This document shows positions 28,456 to 38,387 of a stretch of DNA of 64,000 nt, in pieces. The DNA is taken from positions 1 through 64,000 of the IMG/VR virus record IMGVR_UViG_3300003690_003399; one strand, given 5' to 3'. The stretch is from a virus. Each line of letters begins with the position of its first letter. Within the stretch, counting starts at the first letter, position 1. The notes beneath the pieces are model-generated. The model made no database searches. It saw nothing but the letters and a program-made list of their open reading frames with translations, and was not told the origin of the DNA. Position numbers and translations under genes: made by a program.

Positions 28456-29274
28456 ATGAACACGATTTACATAATGAATTTTGATGACGTAAACGACCCT
28501 GTTAAAACCGAAGAAACTATCTTCAATCAATTATGGGAGCTTAAAGACACGATTAATACAGATTATGTGTATGTTGTTTTTCCGTGGGCATTTTCCATCA
28601 ATCATCATGGCATTGTCCATACCCAGAAGCTTATTGATCAAATTTGTACTCAACACTGTGATAAAAAAATGTTTTTTGTTTGCCAACATATTTTAGTGAA
28701 CAAATTAAACTTTCACGGTAATTTGGTCTTTACGCCGCATGCAACTATTTTAGATTCTTATGTGCCAATTCCACATTATTCTTGCAATTATGAGTTAGAA
28801 TTAGTTAAACCCTGGGATGAAAGAGAATATGAATTTAGCTTTATTGGATCTTTTCGTACACACCCTGTAAGGCAAAAGCTTTATGAATTTTTTAAAGCAA
28901 GGAAAGATTGCTTGATTGTTGATACCGGCTCTTGGCATTTTGAAGCATCCGAAAAGAAGCAAGAAATTAATGCAAGAAAGTACATTGAAATTTTAGGTAA
29001 TACGAAATATTCGCTTTGCCCTAGAGGCACAGGACCATCTACTATTAGAATATGGGAGTCTATGGCAATGGGATCCTGTCCTGTGATTGTAAGTGACTAT
29101 TTAAAAATGCCTTTAGAGCGTGAATTAGATTCTACAATGTGGTTAAGAGTACTGGAAAAGTGTGATAATATAAGGGATATAGATTTTTGCTTTGATAACG
29201 AAGAGTATTGGGAGTGGTTTTCTAATGAGAATTTGTATAGGTCGATTCTCAGCGCGCTAAGGGATAAAAAGTGA
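28456..29274 (+). CDS. Exostosin-family (GT47) glycosyltransferase
   Basis: FIGS..THPVR; YSLCPRGTGPSTIRIWESMAMGSCPVIVSD. Confidence 0.85.
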   Translation: MNTIYIMNFDDVNDPVKTEETIFNQLWELKDTINTDYVYVVFPWAFSINHHGIVHTQKLIDQICTQHCDKKMFFVCQHILVNKLNFHGNLVFTPHATILDSYVPIPHYSCNYELELVKPWDEREYEFSFIGSFRTHPVRQKLYEFFKARKDCLIVDTGSWHFEASEKKQEINARKYIEILGNTKYSLCPRGTGPSTIRIWESMAMGSCPVIVSDYLKMPLERELDSTMWLRVLEKCDNIRDIDFCFDNEEYWEWFSNENLYRSILSALRDKK

Positions 29275-29960
29275 CAGAAATTTTAGTTATTGGAAACAAA
29301 CCTTATACTAATCTATGTCTTAACAAGGTTGTTGATCGTTTTGATATAATTTATAGATTTAATCTTGCTTATCCCGGTAAAAATAATGGTACAAAATTTG
29401 GTAAGTTGGCAATGTGTCAACATGTGTACAATAATTTTGTAAAAAATCCTATTAGCAAGGAGCAAATAATACAAATATATGGTCGAGAGCAGGAAGCAGT
29501 ATTTGTAAGTGACTGGTATGATTTCTTTCAAGAAAATAAAGAAAACTTTGATGAGATATTTCATGAAAATGAACACAATTGGGGGGAATGGAACAGGATG
29601 CTTGAAAAATATGGCAGTCCTCATAAATTTTCAAAAATGGCGTCAACAGGATATTCAGTTATTTTTAGAAATTTAGCAGCTGGCAATAGAGTATATGTTT
29701 CGGGCTTTACTTTATGTAATAATGAAATTAGAAAAACAATAGGAGAGAAAGATGAAGTTGTCAAAGCAAAAAATCAAGGGAAAACCTGTCACTCATTTTC
29801 TGACGAAAGTCGCATCTTAGCTTGGTTGCACAACAATAAAAAGATCGACGCAACATTGTGTATGTTAGATGACACCGACGAACTTAGTCTAAAAATCAAC
29901 GAATATAACACAGAACCTTCGGAGTTCATACTTAATTTATTAAATGGGAAAATATTATGA
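29271..29960 (+). CDS. GT29-like (sialyl/Kdo-transferase fold) protein
   Basis: LVIGN...VDRFDIIYRFN......GTK (sialylmotif L-like), STG...VYVSGF (S-like), H..SDE (VS-like). Confidence 0.6.
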   Translation: MTEILVIGNKPYTNLCLNKVVDRFDIIYRFNLAYPGKNNGTKFGKLAMCQHVYNNFVKNPISKEQIIQIYGREQEAVFVSDWYDFFQENKENFDEIFHENEHNWGEWNRMLEKYGSPHKFSKMASTGYSVIFRNLAAGNRVYVSGFTLCNNEIRKTIGEKDEVVKAKNQGKTCHSFSDESRILAWLHNNKKIDATLCMLDDTDELSLKINEYNTEPSEFILNLLNGKIL

Positions 29961-30307
29961 AAATACAAGGTAAAGTGTGGGGAAAGACCCAAGATATATT
30001 TAAAAACTCTAATTTTGAGCTTCATAGAATCGAGGCCAGAAAAGGCGGGTTTTGCTCAAAGCACCAACATAAGCATAAATATAATGCTTTTTTTGTTGAA
30101 AAAGGCAAGCTAAAGATAACAATATATGAAATTGATTATGATTTGGTCGATGAAACTATCATCTCCACAGGAGAGCTAACAATAGTTAAGCCTGGAGCCT
30201 ACCACAGATTTGAGGCACTCGAAGATACAATTTGTTATGAAATCTATTGGGTAGAATTGGATCATGACGACATAGAAAGGGAAGACGTTGGCGGGAACAT
30301 TAAATAA
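29957..30307 (+). CDS. Cupin (sugar isomerase-like)
   Basis: GKVWG, CSKHQH..K.N.F.V..G, PG.YH.F.A. Confidence 0.8.
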   Translation: MKIQGKVWGKTQDIFKNSNFELHRIEARKGGFCSKHQHKHKYNAFFVEKGKLKITIYEIDYDLVDETIISTGELTIVKPGAYHRFEALEDTICYEIYWVELDHDDIEREDVGGNIK

Positions 30308-30998
30308 AATAGGTATCATACCAGCGAGACTACACTCAACAAGGTTTCCTAAAAAAATATTAACAGATATAAATGGAAAGCCGATGGTGATATGCACAGC
30401 CGAACAAGCGTCTAAAGCTAAAAGTTTAGATAGAGTACTTATAGCTATTGATAGTGACGAAACATATCAAGCCTTAAAAGACTTTAATTATGAATTAGTA
30501 ATGACATCAAACGAGCACAAGTCAGGAACAGATAGAATTGCAGAAGTGGTAAAGCGCATTAAAAGTATTGATATAGTTGTTAATATTCAAGCAGATGAGC
30601 CTTTTATCGACCCTACACTAATTGATAAACTAACAGAAGCCCATCTTGATTCAACTGTAGAAATGTCAACACTGGTCAGCACACAACTATCAACAAAAGA
30701 CTATGATAATGAAAGCATTGTCAAAGCTTTTTTAAATGAAAATAATTTCGTAACAGACTTTAAAAGAAAATCTAGGGCGCGCCATAAGCATTTAGGCATA
30801 TACGGTTTTACAAGAAAAACATTATTAGATTTTATATCATTTGAACAGACAGTCAACGAAAAAAACAGAAATCTAGAGCAAATGAGAGCGCTCGATAATG
30901 GGATTAAGATTAAAGCTGTGTTAACCAGTAAAGATTCTTTATCTATTAACACATTAAATGATCTTTTATATGTTTATAAAAAGGGCAATACGCGATGA
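30288..30998 (+). CDS. kdsB: CMP-Kdo synthetase
   Basis: IIPARLHSTRFPKK, HKSGTDRIAE, NIQADEP, HLGIYG, LEQMRAL. Confidence 0.9.
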   Translation: MAGTLNKIGIIPARLHSTRFPKKILTDINGKPMVICTAEQASKAKSLDRVLIAIDSDETYQALKDFNYELVMTSNEHKSGTDRIAEVVKRIKSIDIVVNIQADEPFIDPTLIDKLTEAHLDSTVEMSTLVSTQLSTKDYDNESIVKAFLNENNFVTDFKRKSRARHKHLGIYGFTRKTLLDFISFEQTVNEKNRNLEQMRALDNGIKIKAVLTSKDSLSINTLNDLLYVYKKGNTR

Positions 30999-31906
30999 AA
31001 CCCTTAGATATATCTAAAAAGTCTATGAAAAAAGGAATGAAAGACAACATAGAAAGGAAGCAGCCTTCTATAAACGATGTCGTTAGACACAAAGGTCTCC
31101 CCTTGTTCAGCTTTATTGAATTAAATATAAATGAAATTTGTAATAGAGTATGTCCTTTTTGCCCAAGAGTGGATCCAAAAATATATCCTAATCAAAATAT
31201 CCACATGGATATGGAAATAGTGGAAAAAATAGCTGAACAACTTAAAGAATTGAATTTTACTGGTATTGTGAATATAAGCGGTACCGGGGAACCGCTACTA
31301 ACCAAATATATCACTGATATTATAAATGAATTTGGAAAACGAGGAATTCATATTGAAATAGTGACCAATGGTGATGTACTGCAAAGCCGGAAAGGGCCAG
31401 AGTTAATCAAAAATTTATATGCAGCAGGATTGCAACAGTTTGTAGTTAGCATGTATGACGGCCCTGAGCAAATAGAATCATTTAATACGTTATTTGCTAG
31501 TTGTGGTATAGATGAAAGCTTATACTCCTTAAGGGATAGGTGGTACGATGAATCAGAGGATTATGGGCTCCTGTATACAAATAGAGCCGGTAACATAGGG
31601 TTTGAACATTTATCGGACATAGCTAAAGAAAAGTTAATAAATTCAGGCAAGTCGGCTTGTTTTTATACACATTATTCTATGATGATTGATTGGAATGGTG
31701 ATGCGTTATTGTGCTGCCAAGACATGTATAATCGTACAGTAAAATTTGGAAATGTTAAAAACAAATCTCTTATCGATATATGGAGAGATACAAAACTAAT
31801 GGAATTTAGAAATAAACTTAAAAATGGGGAGAGGTCATCATCACCCTGTAATAATTGCAATGCAAATGGTCAAATATTTGGAAGCAATCATGTAAAAGCA
31901 TGGTAG
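30995..31906 (+). CDS. Radical SAM protein with SPASM/twitch domain
   Basis: CNRVCPFC, GEP, NRAG, C...IDWNG...CCQD...GN...C..C. Confidence 0.9.
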   Translation: MKPLDISKKSMKKGMKDNIERKQPSINDVVRHKGLPLFSFIELNINEICNRVCPFCPRVDPKIYPNQNIHMDMEIVEKIAEQLKELNFTGIVNISGTGEPLLTKYITDIINEFGKRGIHIEIVTNGDVLQSRKGPELIKNLYAAGLQQFVVSMYDGPEQIESFNTLFASCGIDESLYSLRDRWYDESEDYGLLYTNRAGNIGFEHLSDIAKEKLINSGKSACFYTHYSMMIDWNGDALLCCQDMYNRTVKFGNVKNKSLIDIWRDTKLMEFRNKLKNGERSSSPCNNCNANGQIFGSNHVKAW

Positions 31907-31914
31907 GTCGAAAA

Positions 31915-32562
31915 ATGAATTATATTTTTAAACCAAATGGAGACAAACTAGAGTTTGTTGGCGATTTTGAGGCACTTTATCAAAATGACAACGACCCGTG
32001 GAATCAGTCAGGAAAAGATGGAGAAATAAGCTATTACTATGCTCATAGCAGAAAGAGGCTGGTCGATCAGCTAAAGAAAATCAATCCCGACTCTTTGCTT
32101 GAAACCGGATGCGATTTGGGCTATACTACCAAGATCATTCAGAAATCTTTACCAGATTGCAATGTTGTTGGCATGGATATTAGTAGAACGGCAATAGTGA
32201 AGGCTGTAAACTTATTCCCTAATTTGGACTTCATAACTGAAGATATTGGTAGCGCAAACTTTAATTCAGATACAAAATATGATGTAGTTATTCTAAATCA
32301 ATTGTTGTGGTATGTCTTAGAATCGCTTTCCGAGACATTTGAAAATTGTTTTTCTATACTAAATCCAAATGGTAGGATAATAATCAGCCAAGCATTTTTA
32401 CAGGCACCACAGAAATACGGGAAAGATATTTGTGATGGGTTTGATGGGTTAATCAGTTACTTGAGCGACCACAAGTTTAATATAGAATATTCTCAATTAG
32501 ATAATTCTAATTCTTTTGTCCATAATGATGGGCTGATCATATTAAAAAAGCATGATAGTTAA
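31915..32562 (+). CDS. Class I SAM methyltransferase
   Basis: DPW, LETGCDLG, GMDIS, LNPNG. Confidence 0.8.
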   Translation: MNYIFKPNGDKLEFVGDFEALYQNDNDPWNQSGKDGEISYYYAHSRKRLVDQLKKINPDSLLETGCDLGYTTKIIQKSLPDCNVVGMDISRTAIVKAVNLFPNLDFITEDIGSANFNSDTKYDVVILNQLLWYVLESLSETFENCFSILNPNGRIIISQAFLQAPQKYGKDICDGFDGLISYLSDHKFNIEYSQLDNSNSFVHNDGLIILKKHDS

Positions 32563-33679
32563 AAAAGCCTATAAATGTTATATTGAAAATGATAAAGGTG
32601 TCAAGCTAATTGACACCTCAATGGGGTCAGGTGTCCAAATAATAGGACACAACAACCCGTTGATTAAAGAAATGGGCAAGCAGATAGAAAGAGGAACTAT
32701 TTATACAATTCCCAACTGCCACACAGGTAAGGTAAATTCTTATTTGAAAGAACACATAAACCCCGATCTTGATGAGCAATACATATTCTGTAATTCGGGT
32801 ACGGAAGCTAACATGAGGGCTATAAGATTAGCCCGTGCATACACAGGCAAAAATTTAGTTGGCAGATTCCATGGCGGCTGGCACGGCGGACTAGATGGTT
32901 TCCTAGAAGAACACCCCGACAACAAGGGTATACCTTCAGAGACTGATAGCTTGTTTAGGGTCTTGCCCTACAATGATGATCAGTGTTTCGAGAAGATTAC
33001 TCATGATATGGCTGCTGTAATAACAGAGCCCGTGCAGGGATCTAATCCTAGATCTGACGTTAAACAGTTTCTGCAAAAATTAAGAGCCCATTGCACCAAG
33101 ACGGGAGTATTGTTAATATTTGATGAAGTTCTGACGGGATTTAGATTATCCGCAAAGGGTGCCGCTGGTGTTTTTAATGTGATGCCCGATATAGTAACTT
33201 ATGGGAAAGTTTTAGGAGGAGGATTCCCAATTGGAGCGGTTGGCGCCAAGTCAGAAATTATAAAAACAAAAAATGTTTTTTATGGAGGAACTTTTTCTGC
33301 GAATCCATTAAGCATGTATGCCGCTATCCTAATTCTTGAAACTATAATTGATACAAAGTACATTCAATACGATAAGCTAAATTATGCTGGAAAGCTATTT
33401 AGAGGTGAATTAAATAAGTTTTTTATTGCGGAAGATAAAAAAATGAGAGTAATAGGCTGCGGCGCAGTCAATAGAATTATCTTTACAGATAAATTTATCA
33501 AAAATAGAAAAGATAGAGATAACTTTGAGCCTAAAAATGCACAAGAAATGTTTTCTAATAAACTAAAAGAACTGGGTGTGTTTATTAATGGAAATGGACT
33601 ATATCATTTTTCTATGAGTCATACACCAGAGGTTATTAAAGAACTTATTAATATAATCAAACTAGCGAGCAAAACATGA
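32552..33679 (+). CDS. Class III PLP aminotransferase (HemL-like)
   Basis: NSGTEA, GGWHG, LIFDEVLTGFR, TYGKVLGGGFP, GGTFSANP. Confidence 0.9.
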   Translation: MIVKKAYKCYIENDKGVKLIDTSMGSGVQIIGHNNPLIKEMGKQIERGTIYTIPNCHTGKVNSYLKEHINPDLDEQYIFCNSGTEANMRAIRLARAYTGKNLVGRFHGGWHGGLDGFLEEHPDNKGIPSETDSLFRVLPYNDDQCFEKITHDMAAVITEPVQGSNPRSDVKQFLQKLRAHCTKTGVLLIFDEVLTGFRLSAKGAAGVFNVMPDIVTYGKVLGGGFPIGAVGAKSEIIKTKNVFYGGTFSANPLSMYAAILILETIIDTKYIQYDKLNYAGKLFRGELNKFFIAEDKKMRVIGCGAVNRIIFTDKFIKNRKDRDNFEPKNAQEMFSNKLKELGVFINGNGLYHFSMSHTPEVIKELINIIKLASKT

Positions 33680-34485
33680 AGATTGAAAAGTGCTGCAAAG
33701 AGGATATATTTAAATGTATAGACCTACAGGAAAATGATGTTATCTTATATTTGGGGGGAAGAATTGACGATGACGCCCTATACCCGCCGGGATACAGAGA
33801 ATATTTAAAGGCTAAAATAAAAAAGTTGAAGCCAACTAAAATAATTTGTCACAACCACTGGTATGCTAAGAAATATTATGAGAAGGGAATCTTAACCAAG
33901 CATACTAAAATAGATATGGTATTAGTTTGTTACCACCATCTTAGAAACGGTAATTTCCCATCAATTGATCCTGCGGATTATATCGATCATCGCACCTACA
34001 TGAAGACATTGATAGATAAGAATCCTAGCATAGTCTATGCAATATATATAAGCCAGGGAAACAAGCCCCCCTCGGTGGATGTTAACGATGGTTGGTTTAG
34101 AGAAGATTACGATCTAAATAATGCTAAATACTTCTCTTTCGATAGAACATATTCTCCCAAGGATTTAACGGATGAGGAACTGGGTCATGGAGGACGAACA
34201 AGAAATGCTAGTGATGGGTTTGCTATGGTTGCCAATTTGGTGAAGGCGGGTTTTAAGAATATAAATATACTTGGATTTTCTGCATTTGGATCCGATGAAG
34301 ACATGTCTTATCATACTGCGTATAAGTCAGGAGACCGTAGGCTCTTCGGTCGAAAATACTTCAATCTTGGTACCTCGGAAGATCAACCAGCAGAAGCAGA
34401 TATATTGCAATTTTGGGTAAAAACTAAAAAGATAAAGAACGTGGAAGATTATAGTAAATTGATGTTTCACTTAAAGGAGAAATAA
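33676..34485 (+). CDS. Hypothetical, possibly a divergent GT29/MAF-like transferase
   Basis: SDG...GFKNINILGF resembles the STG...I.L.GF motif. Confidence 0.35.
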   Translation: MKIEKCCKEDIFKCIDLQENDVILYLGGRIDDDALYPPGYREYLKAKIKKLKPTKIICHNHWYAKKYYEKGILTKHTKIDMVLVCYHHLRNGNFPSIDPADYIDHRTYMKTLIDKNPSIVYAIYISQGNKPPSVDVNDGWFREDYDLNNAKYFSFDRTYSPKDLTDEELGHGGRTRNASDGFAMVANLVKAGFKNINILGFSAFGSDEDMSYHTAYKSGDRRLFGRKYFNLGTSEDQPAEADILQFWVKTKKIKNVEDYSKLMFHLKEK

Positions 34486-34487
34486 AT

Positions 34488-35198
34488 ATGGTAGACAAAA
34501 AAAAAAGAGAGGAGTATAACAAATCTTTGGAGTACAACGGACAAGCGTTGGCAGACAAATTTGTTTTAAATTGCACAGGTTTTAAGAGGGGTGGTTACTT
34601 TTTAGAACTAGGATCTAGGGAGTTTAAACGGAACAACAACTCTTATATTTTAGAGAAAAGTTTTGGATGGAAAGGTGTGATGGTCGAAAAGGTCGCTACA
34701 CACAAAGGAGACTATAAATCCAATAGACCGAACAGCATACCTATCATCCAAGACGCCACTCAAATAAACTATAAAAAAGTATTTGAGGATAATAATTTTC
34801 CGTCTAATTTGGATTTTTGGCAATTAGATTTAGAGGTGAGAGACAATACCGCTTTAGATACCTTAATAAAGATTAACGAAGAAATACTGGGTTATTATAG
34901 TTTTGCAACAGTAACAATGGAACACGATATTTATAATGGTCTGCAAAATTCTGTCAATACTCGAATTAAATCAAGAGAGATTTTAGAGAGCAGAGGTTAC
35001 TACTGTGTGTTTAGAGATACTATGACTTTCATGGACGGTCCGCCGAACTCTCCCTACGAAGATTGGTGGGTCCATCCAGACTTAGTTAATATGGAATATA
35101 TAAAATCCCTTCAGGAAAGAAATCAAGATAATTATTCATTAATTAATGTAAAGGGAAGAAATATAGAGTGTTTCAACTCTGATCTGATAGAATATTAA
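34488..35198 (+). CDS. FkbM-like methyltransferase
   Basis: GYFLELGS, NNSY.LE..FGWKG, LDLE, EHD, YEDWWV. Confidence 0.8.
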   Translation: MVDKKKREEYNKSLEYNGQALADKFVLNCTGFKRGGYFLELGSREFKRNNNSYILEKSFGWKGVMVEKVATHKGDYKSNRPNSIPIIQDATQINYKKVFEDNNFPSNLDFWQLDLEVRDNTALDTLIKINEEILGYYSFATVTMEHDIYNGLQNSVNTRIKSREILESRGYYCVFRDTMTFMDGPPNSPYEDWWVHPDLVNMEYIKSLQERNQDNYSLINVKGRNIECFNSDLIEY

Positions 35199-35213
35199 AT
35201 AGAGGGTAATAAA

Positions 35214-35906
35214 ATGCAACCAACCATAAAAGACCTTTTCGATAAAATTCAGAATGCAGAAGTTCAGACTGAACCGTTTGATCATCTGGTTGTAGATAAT
35301 TTATTACCTGATGATTTTTTTAAAGAGCTAGCTAAAGAATTAGAGGCTGAGGACTTTCCTAGCAATTATGTAAGGGGGCCTTACGGAAATAAAGAACGCT
35401 TTGGGGTAGATTTAACAGATTATTCTGCTTGGAAAACCTCTGGAAAGAATCTTCCCATAAAGATCCACGAGGGTAATTACAAATCATTATCATCGGGAAA
35501 GAGTGCCAATGTTCAATTCTTTGTTGACCTTCTTTTGGAAAATGAAAAGGGCTTTTATTCTTTACTTGGCTCTAAACTGCCTACTGAGAGATTTCAAGAT
35601 AACTATTTTTTTCATGTAAATATGACCAAAGATAGCGTAGGCTACACAATAGAAGCCCACACAGACGATAAAGAGAACATTTTTACTATTCTTTTCTACA
35701 CTCCAGAGACAGATGTAAATAAAGAGTTCGGACTACATGTCTGTAAAGAAAAAATAGATTTTATGCCTAATAGAATGATCATTTTTGCTCCCTCTAAACC
35801 ACACAGCGAGAGGACACCCACTTGGCATGAAGTAAAGCGCTTATCAGATAAATTAATTGGAACGAGAAATTCGTTCCAAATGTTTTTTTTAAGAAATAAT
35901 AGCTAA
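35214..35906 (+). CDS. 2OG-Fe(II) oxygenase
   Basis: PFDH.VVDNLLP, HTD, WH, RNS. Confidence 0.8.
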   Translation: MQPTIKDLFDKIQNAEVQTEPFDHLVVDNLLPDDFFKELAKELEAEDFPSNYVRGPYGNKERFGVDLTDYSAWKTSGKNLPIKIHEGNYKSLSSGKSANVQFFVDLLLENEKGFYSLLGSKLPTERFQDNYFFHVNMTKDSVGYTIEAHTDDKENIFTILFYTPETDVNKEFGLHVCKEKIDFMPNRMIIFAPSKPHSERTPTWHEVKRLSDKLIGTRNSFQMFFLRNNS

Positions 35907-35910
35907 GGAT

Positions 35911-36681
35911 ATGATAAATACTAAATTCATAATAGCTGGACCATGTGTGTTAGAATCAAAAGATATGTGTCTAGAAATAGCAAAATATTGTAAATCTATT
36001 TGTGATGAATACGGCTTTACATATGTTTTTAAAGCTTCGTTTGATAAAGCAAACAGGACTTCAATAAATTCATTTAGAGGCCCCGGATTGAAGAAATCAA
36101 TAGATACATTCGTTGAAATAAGAAAGCATGTAGACTTCATAACTACCGATATACACGAACCTTATCAGGCAAAAGAAATTGCTCCATATGTAGATGTAAT
36201 ACAAATACCTGCTTTCCTTTGTAGACAAACAGATCTGCTAGTTGCAGCAGGAGAGACTGGTAAAATTGTTAATATTAAAAAAGCCCAATTTTTATCTGTT
36301 GATAAGATGGAGCACGCAATTAAAAAAATCTATCATACTGGTAACAAAAATGTGATGTTGACAGAACGAGGTTCCATGCTGGGCACGGACGATTTAGTGG
36401 TTGACTTCAGGAATATACATAAATTAAAACAATTTGGCTGTCCAGTTATTATGGATGTTACGCATGCTTGTCAAACATATAAGCAAACAAATGGTATAAC
36501 TGGCGGGAATAGAATTTATGGTCCACTCTTTGCTCAGTGTGCTAAAATATTTGGTGCTGATGGCACCTTCGCAGAGGTCCACCCAAAACCAGAGGCAGCA
36601 TTGAGTGATTCTGCAAATACTATGAATTTTAATATGTTTGAGAACATGGTAAAAGCATTAGCAACATTGGAGGATGATTAA
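35911..36681 (+). CDS. kdsA: Kdo-8-phosphate synthase
   Basis: IAGPCVLES, KASFDKANRTS, TDIHE, QIPAFLCRQTDL, TERG, DVTH, EVHP...SD. Confidence 0.95.
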   Translation: MINTKFIIAGPCVLESKDMCLEIAKYCKSICDEYGFTYVFKASFDKANRTSINSFRGPGLKKSIDTFVEIRKHVDFITTDIHEPYQAKEIAPYVDVIQIPAFLCRQTDLLVAAGETGKIVNIKKAQFLSVDKMEHAIKKIYHTGNKNVMLTERGSMLGTDDLVVDFRNIHKLKQFGCPVIMDVTHACQTYKQTNGITGGNRIYGPLFAQCAKIFGADGTFAEVHPKPEAALSDSANTMNFNMFENMVKALATLEDD

Positions 36682-37001
36682 TGATTTATTACGTTGATAT
36701 TGACGAAACAATTTGTGATTATGAAGGCGGCGATAAATACGCCGCAAGGGATTATGAGAACGCTAGACCAATAAAAGAAAACATTCAGAAAATAAATGAT
36801 CTATTTGATGAAGGGCATACAGTGGTTTATTGGACAGCCAGAGGTAGTACCACTGGAATTGATTGGTATGATCTTACTGGCCGCCAACTAAAAGAGTGGG
36901 GTGCTAAGCACCATAACTACAAGGTTGGAAAGCCTGCTTATGATGTTTTTATATGTGACAAAGCAATAAATTCTGAAGTTTTTTTTAAGGAAGGAGAATA
37001 G
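36681..37001 (+). CDS. Minimal HAD phosphatase (capsule-biosynthesis type)
   Basis: VDIDETI, WTARG, GKP..D..ICDKA. Confidence 0.8.
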   Translation: MIYYVDIDETICDYEGGDKYAARDYENARPIKENIQKINDLFDEGHTVVYWTARGSTTGIDWYDLTGRQLKEWGAKHHNYKVGKPAYDVFICDKAINSEVFFKEGE

Positions 37002-37002
37002 A

Positions 37003-37554
37003 ATGAAAGAATACAATAACACTGATCGAACTGCTAGCTTAGAAAGACTCGCACCGGATTTGTTCAAATATAAATCGGTTTTGAATATAGGCGCCCGCAC
37101 TAGTCGATTTAATTATGGACAAGAATTTAGAGAAGCGGGGTATAATATTACGGTTTTGGAGCCGTTTAAACCAAATGTAGAATATTTGCGTACATTACTG
37201 TGGATACATGAAGTTATTCAAGGAGACGTTCGTGATTTGAAAGTTTTTAAGGAAAGAGAGCAAAAATTTGATGTTGTTTTCTGGTGGCATGGCCCCGAGC
37301 ATGTGATAGAAGAAGATATGATAAAGGTTATACCCGAACTAGAAAAAATTTGTAATCATCTGGTTGTGTTGGGGTGTCCATGGGGACATTGCCCGCAAGG
37401 CGAGATTCATAATAATCCATGGGAAAAGCACATTGGGCACTATTCATATTATGTGTTCGAAGAATTTGGTTATGATGTTGAATGCTTGGGCCTACAGAGC
37501 GTCGCAGGATCTAACATTACAAGCGTGAAGAGAATAGACGGGAGAAAAAAATGA
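37003..37554 (+). CDS. Class I SAM methyltransferase-fold protein
   Basis: VLNIGA, GDVR, FDVV....PEH. Confidence 0.65.
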   Translation: MKEYNNTDRTASLERLAPDLFKYKSVLNIGARTSRFNYGQEFREAGYNITVLEPFKPNVEYLRTLLWIHEVIQGDVRDLKVFKEREQKFDVVFWWHGPEHVIEEDMIKVIPELEKICNHLVVLGCPWGHCPQGEIHNNPWEKHIGHYSYYVFEEFGYDVECLGLQSVAGSNITSVKRIDGRKK

Positions 37555-38387
37555 AAGTTGGAATTGTTGGTCAAGGATTTGTAGGACAAGCTCTTAAAAA
37601 AGGTTTTGAAAAATATTTTCATATTGAAACTTATGATAAGTTTAAGAAGAAAGAATCAAGTTGCTTAAGTTTAGAAGAGCTAACATCTAAAACAAAGATA
37701 ATTTTTATTTGCGTGCCCACCCCAATGAACAAAGATGGTACGTGTAATTTAAATATAGTTAATGAAGTCGTACGGAACATTGATTTTTGTAATAATAAAA
37801 ATGTTGTCGTAATCAAATCTACCATCCCACCAAACACCACCGCTATGTTAAACGCTGAGTGTAATAATATACAAGTTATTTTTAACCCAGAATTTTTAAC
37901 AGAAGCTAACTTTATTGAAGATTTCAAAAATCAAACTAGAATTATTATTGGCGGTCCGCGCCCAGGTTCAACACTGGTTAAAAATTTATACAGAAAAGCA
38001 TTTCCTGAGACGCCATTGATTAAAACTAGTTCAACAATTGCAGAAATGGTTAAGTATTTTACTAACTGTTTTTTAGCCACAAAAGTTAGTTTTTCTAATG
38101 AAATTAAACAAATATGTGAAAAAATTGATATAGATTATGATAAAATAGTAGAGTACGCTTTATATGATAGCCGATTGGGGAAAACGCACTTCTCAGCTCC
38201 GGGCCCAGACGGAAAAAGTGGGTTTGGTGGATCCTGTTTTCCTAAAGATTTAAATGCGCTAATTAAAACGGCTGAAAATTTAGATATAGATCCTAAAGTT
38301 TTAAAATCAGTCTGGGAAAAGAATCTTGAAGTAAGACCAGAGAAAGACTGGGAAAAATTAAAAGGAAGAGCCGTAAGCGAATCATGA
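37551..38387 (+). CDS. ugd: UDP-glucose/GDP-mannose dehydrogenase family (lacks C-terminal UDP-binding domain)
   Basis: GQGFVG, ICVPTP, KSTIPP, FNPEFL, AEMVKY..N, GFGGSCFPKD. Confidence 0.88.
   Translation: MKVGIVGQGFVGQALKKGFEKYFHIETYDKFKKKESSCLSLEELTSKTKIIFICVPTPMNKDGTCNLNIVNEVVRNIDFCNNKNVVVIKSTIPPNTTAMLNAECNNIQVIFNPEFLTEANFIEDFKNQTRIIIGGPRPGSTLVKNLYRKAFPETPLIKTSSTIAEMVKYFTNCFLATKVSFSNEIKQICEKIDIDYDKIVEYALYDSRLGKTHFSAPGPDGKSGFGGSCFPKDLNALIKTAENLDIDPKVLKSVWEKNLEVRPEKDWEKLKGRAVSES

Noticed and set aside
32552-33679. hemL / tetrapyrrole synthesis
   Set aside because: No other hem genes; context is sugar modification
22180-38387. Bacterial LPS/capsule locus (window is host chromosome)
   Set aside because: Seamlessly coupled to phage genes on both sides; no wzx/wzy/kps export or housekeeping genes
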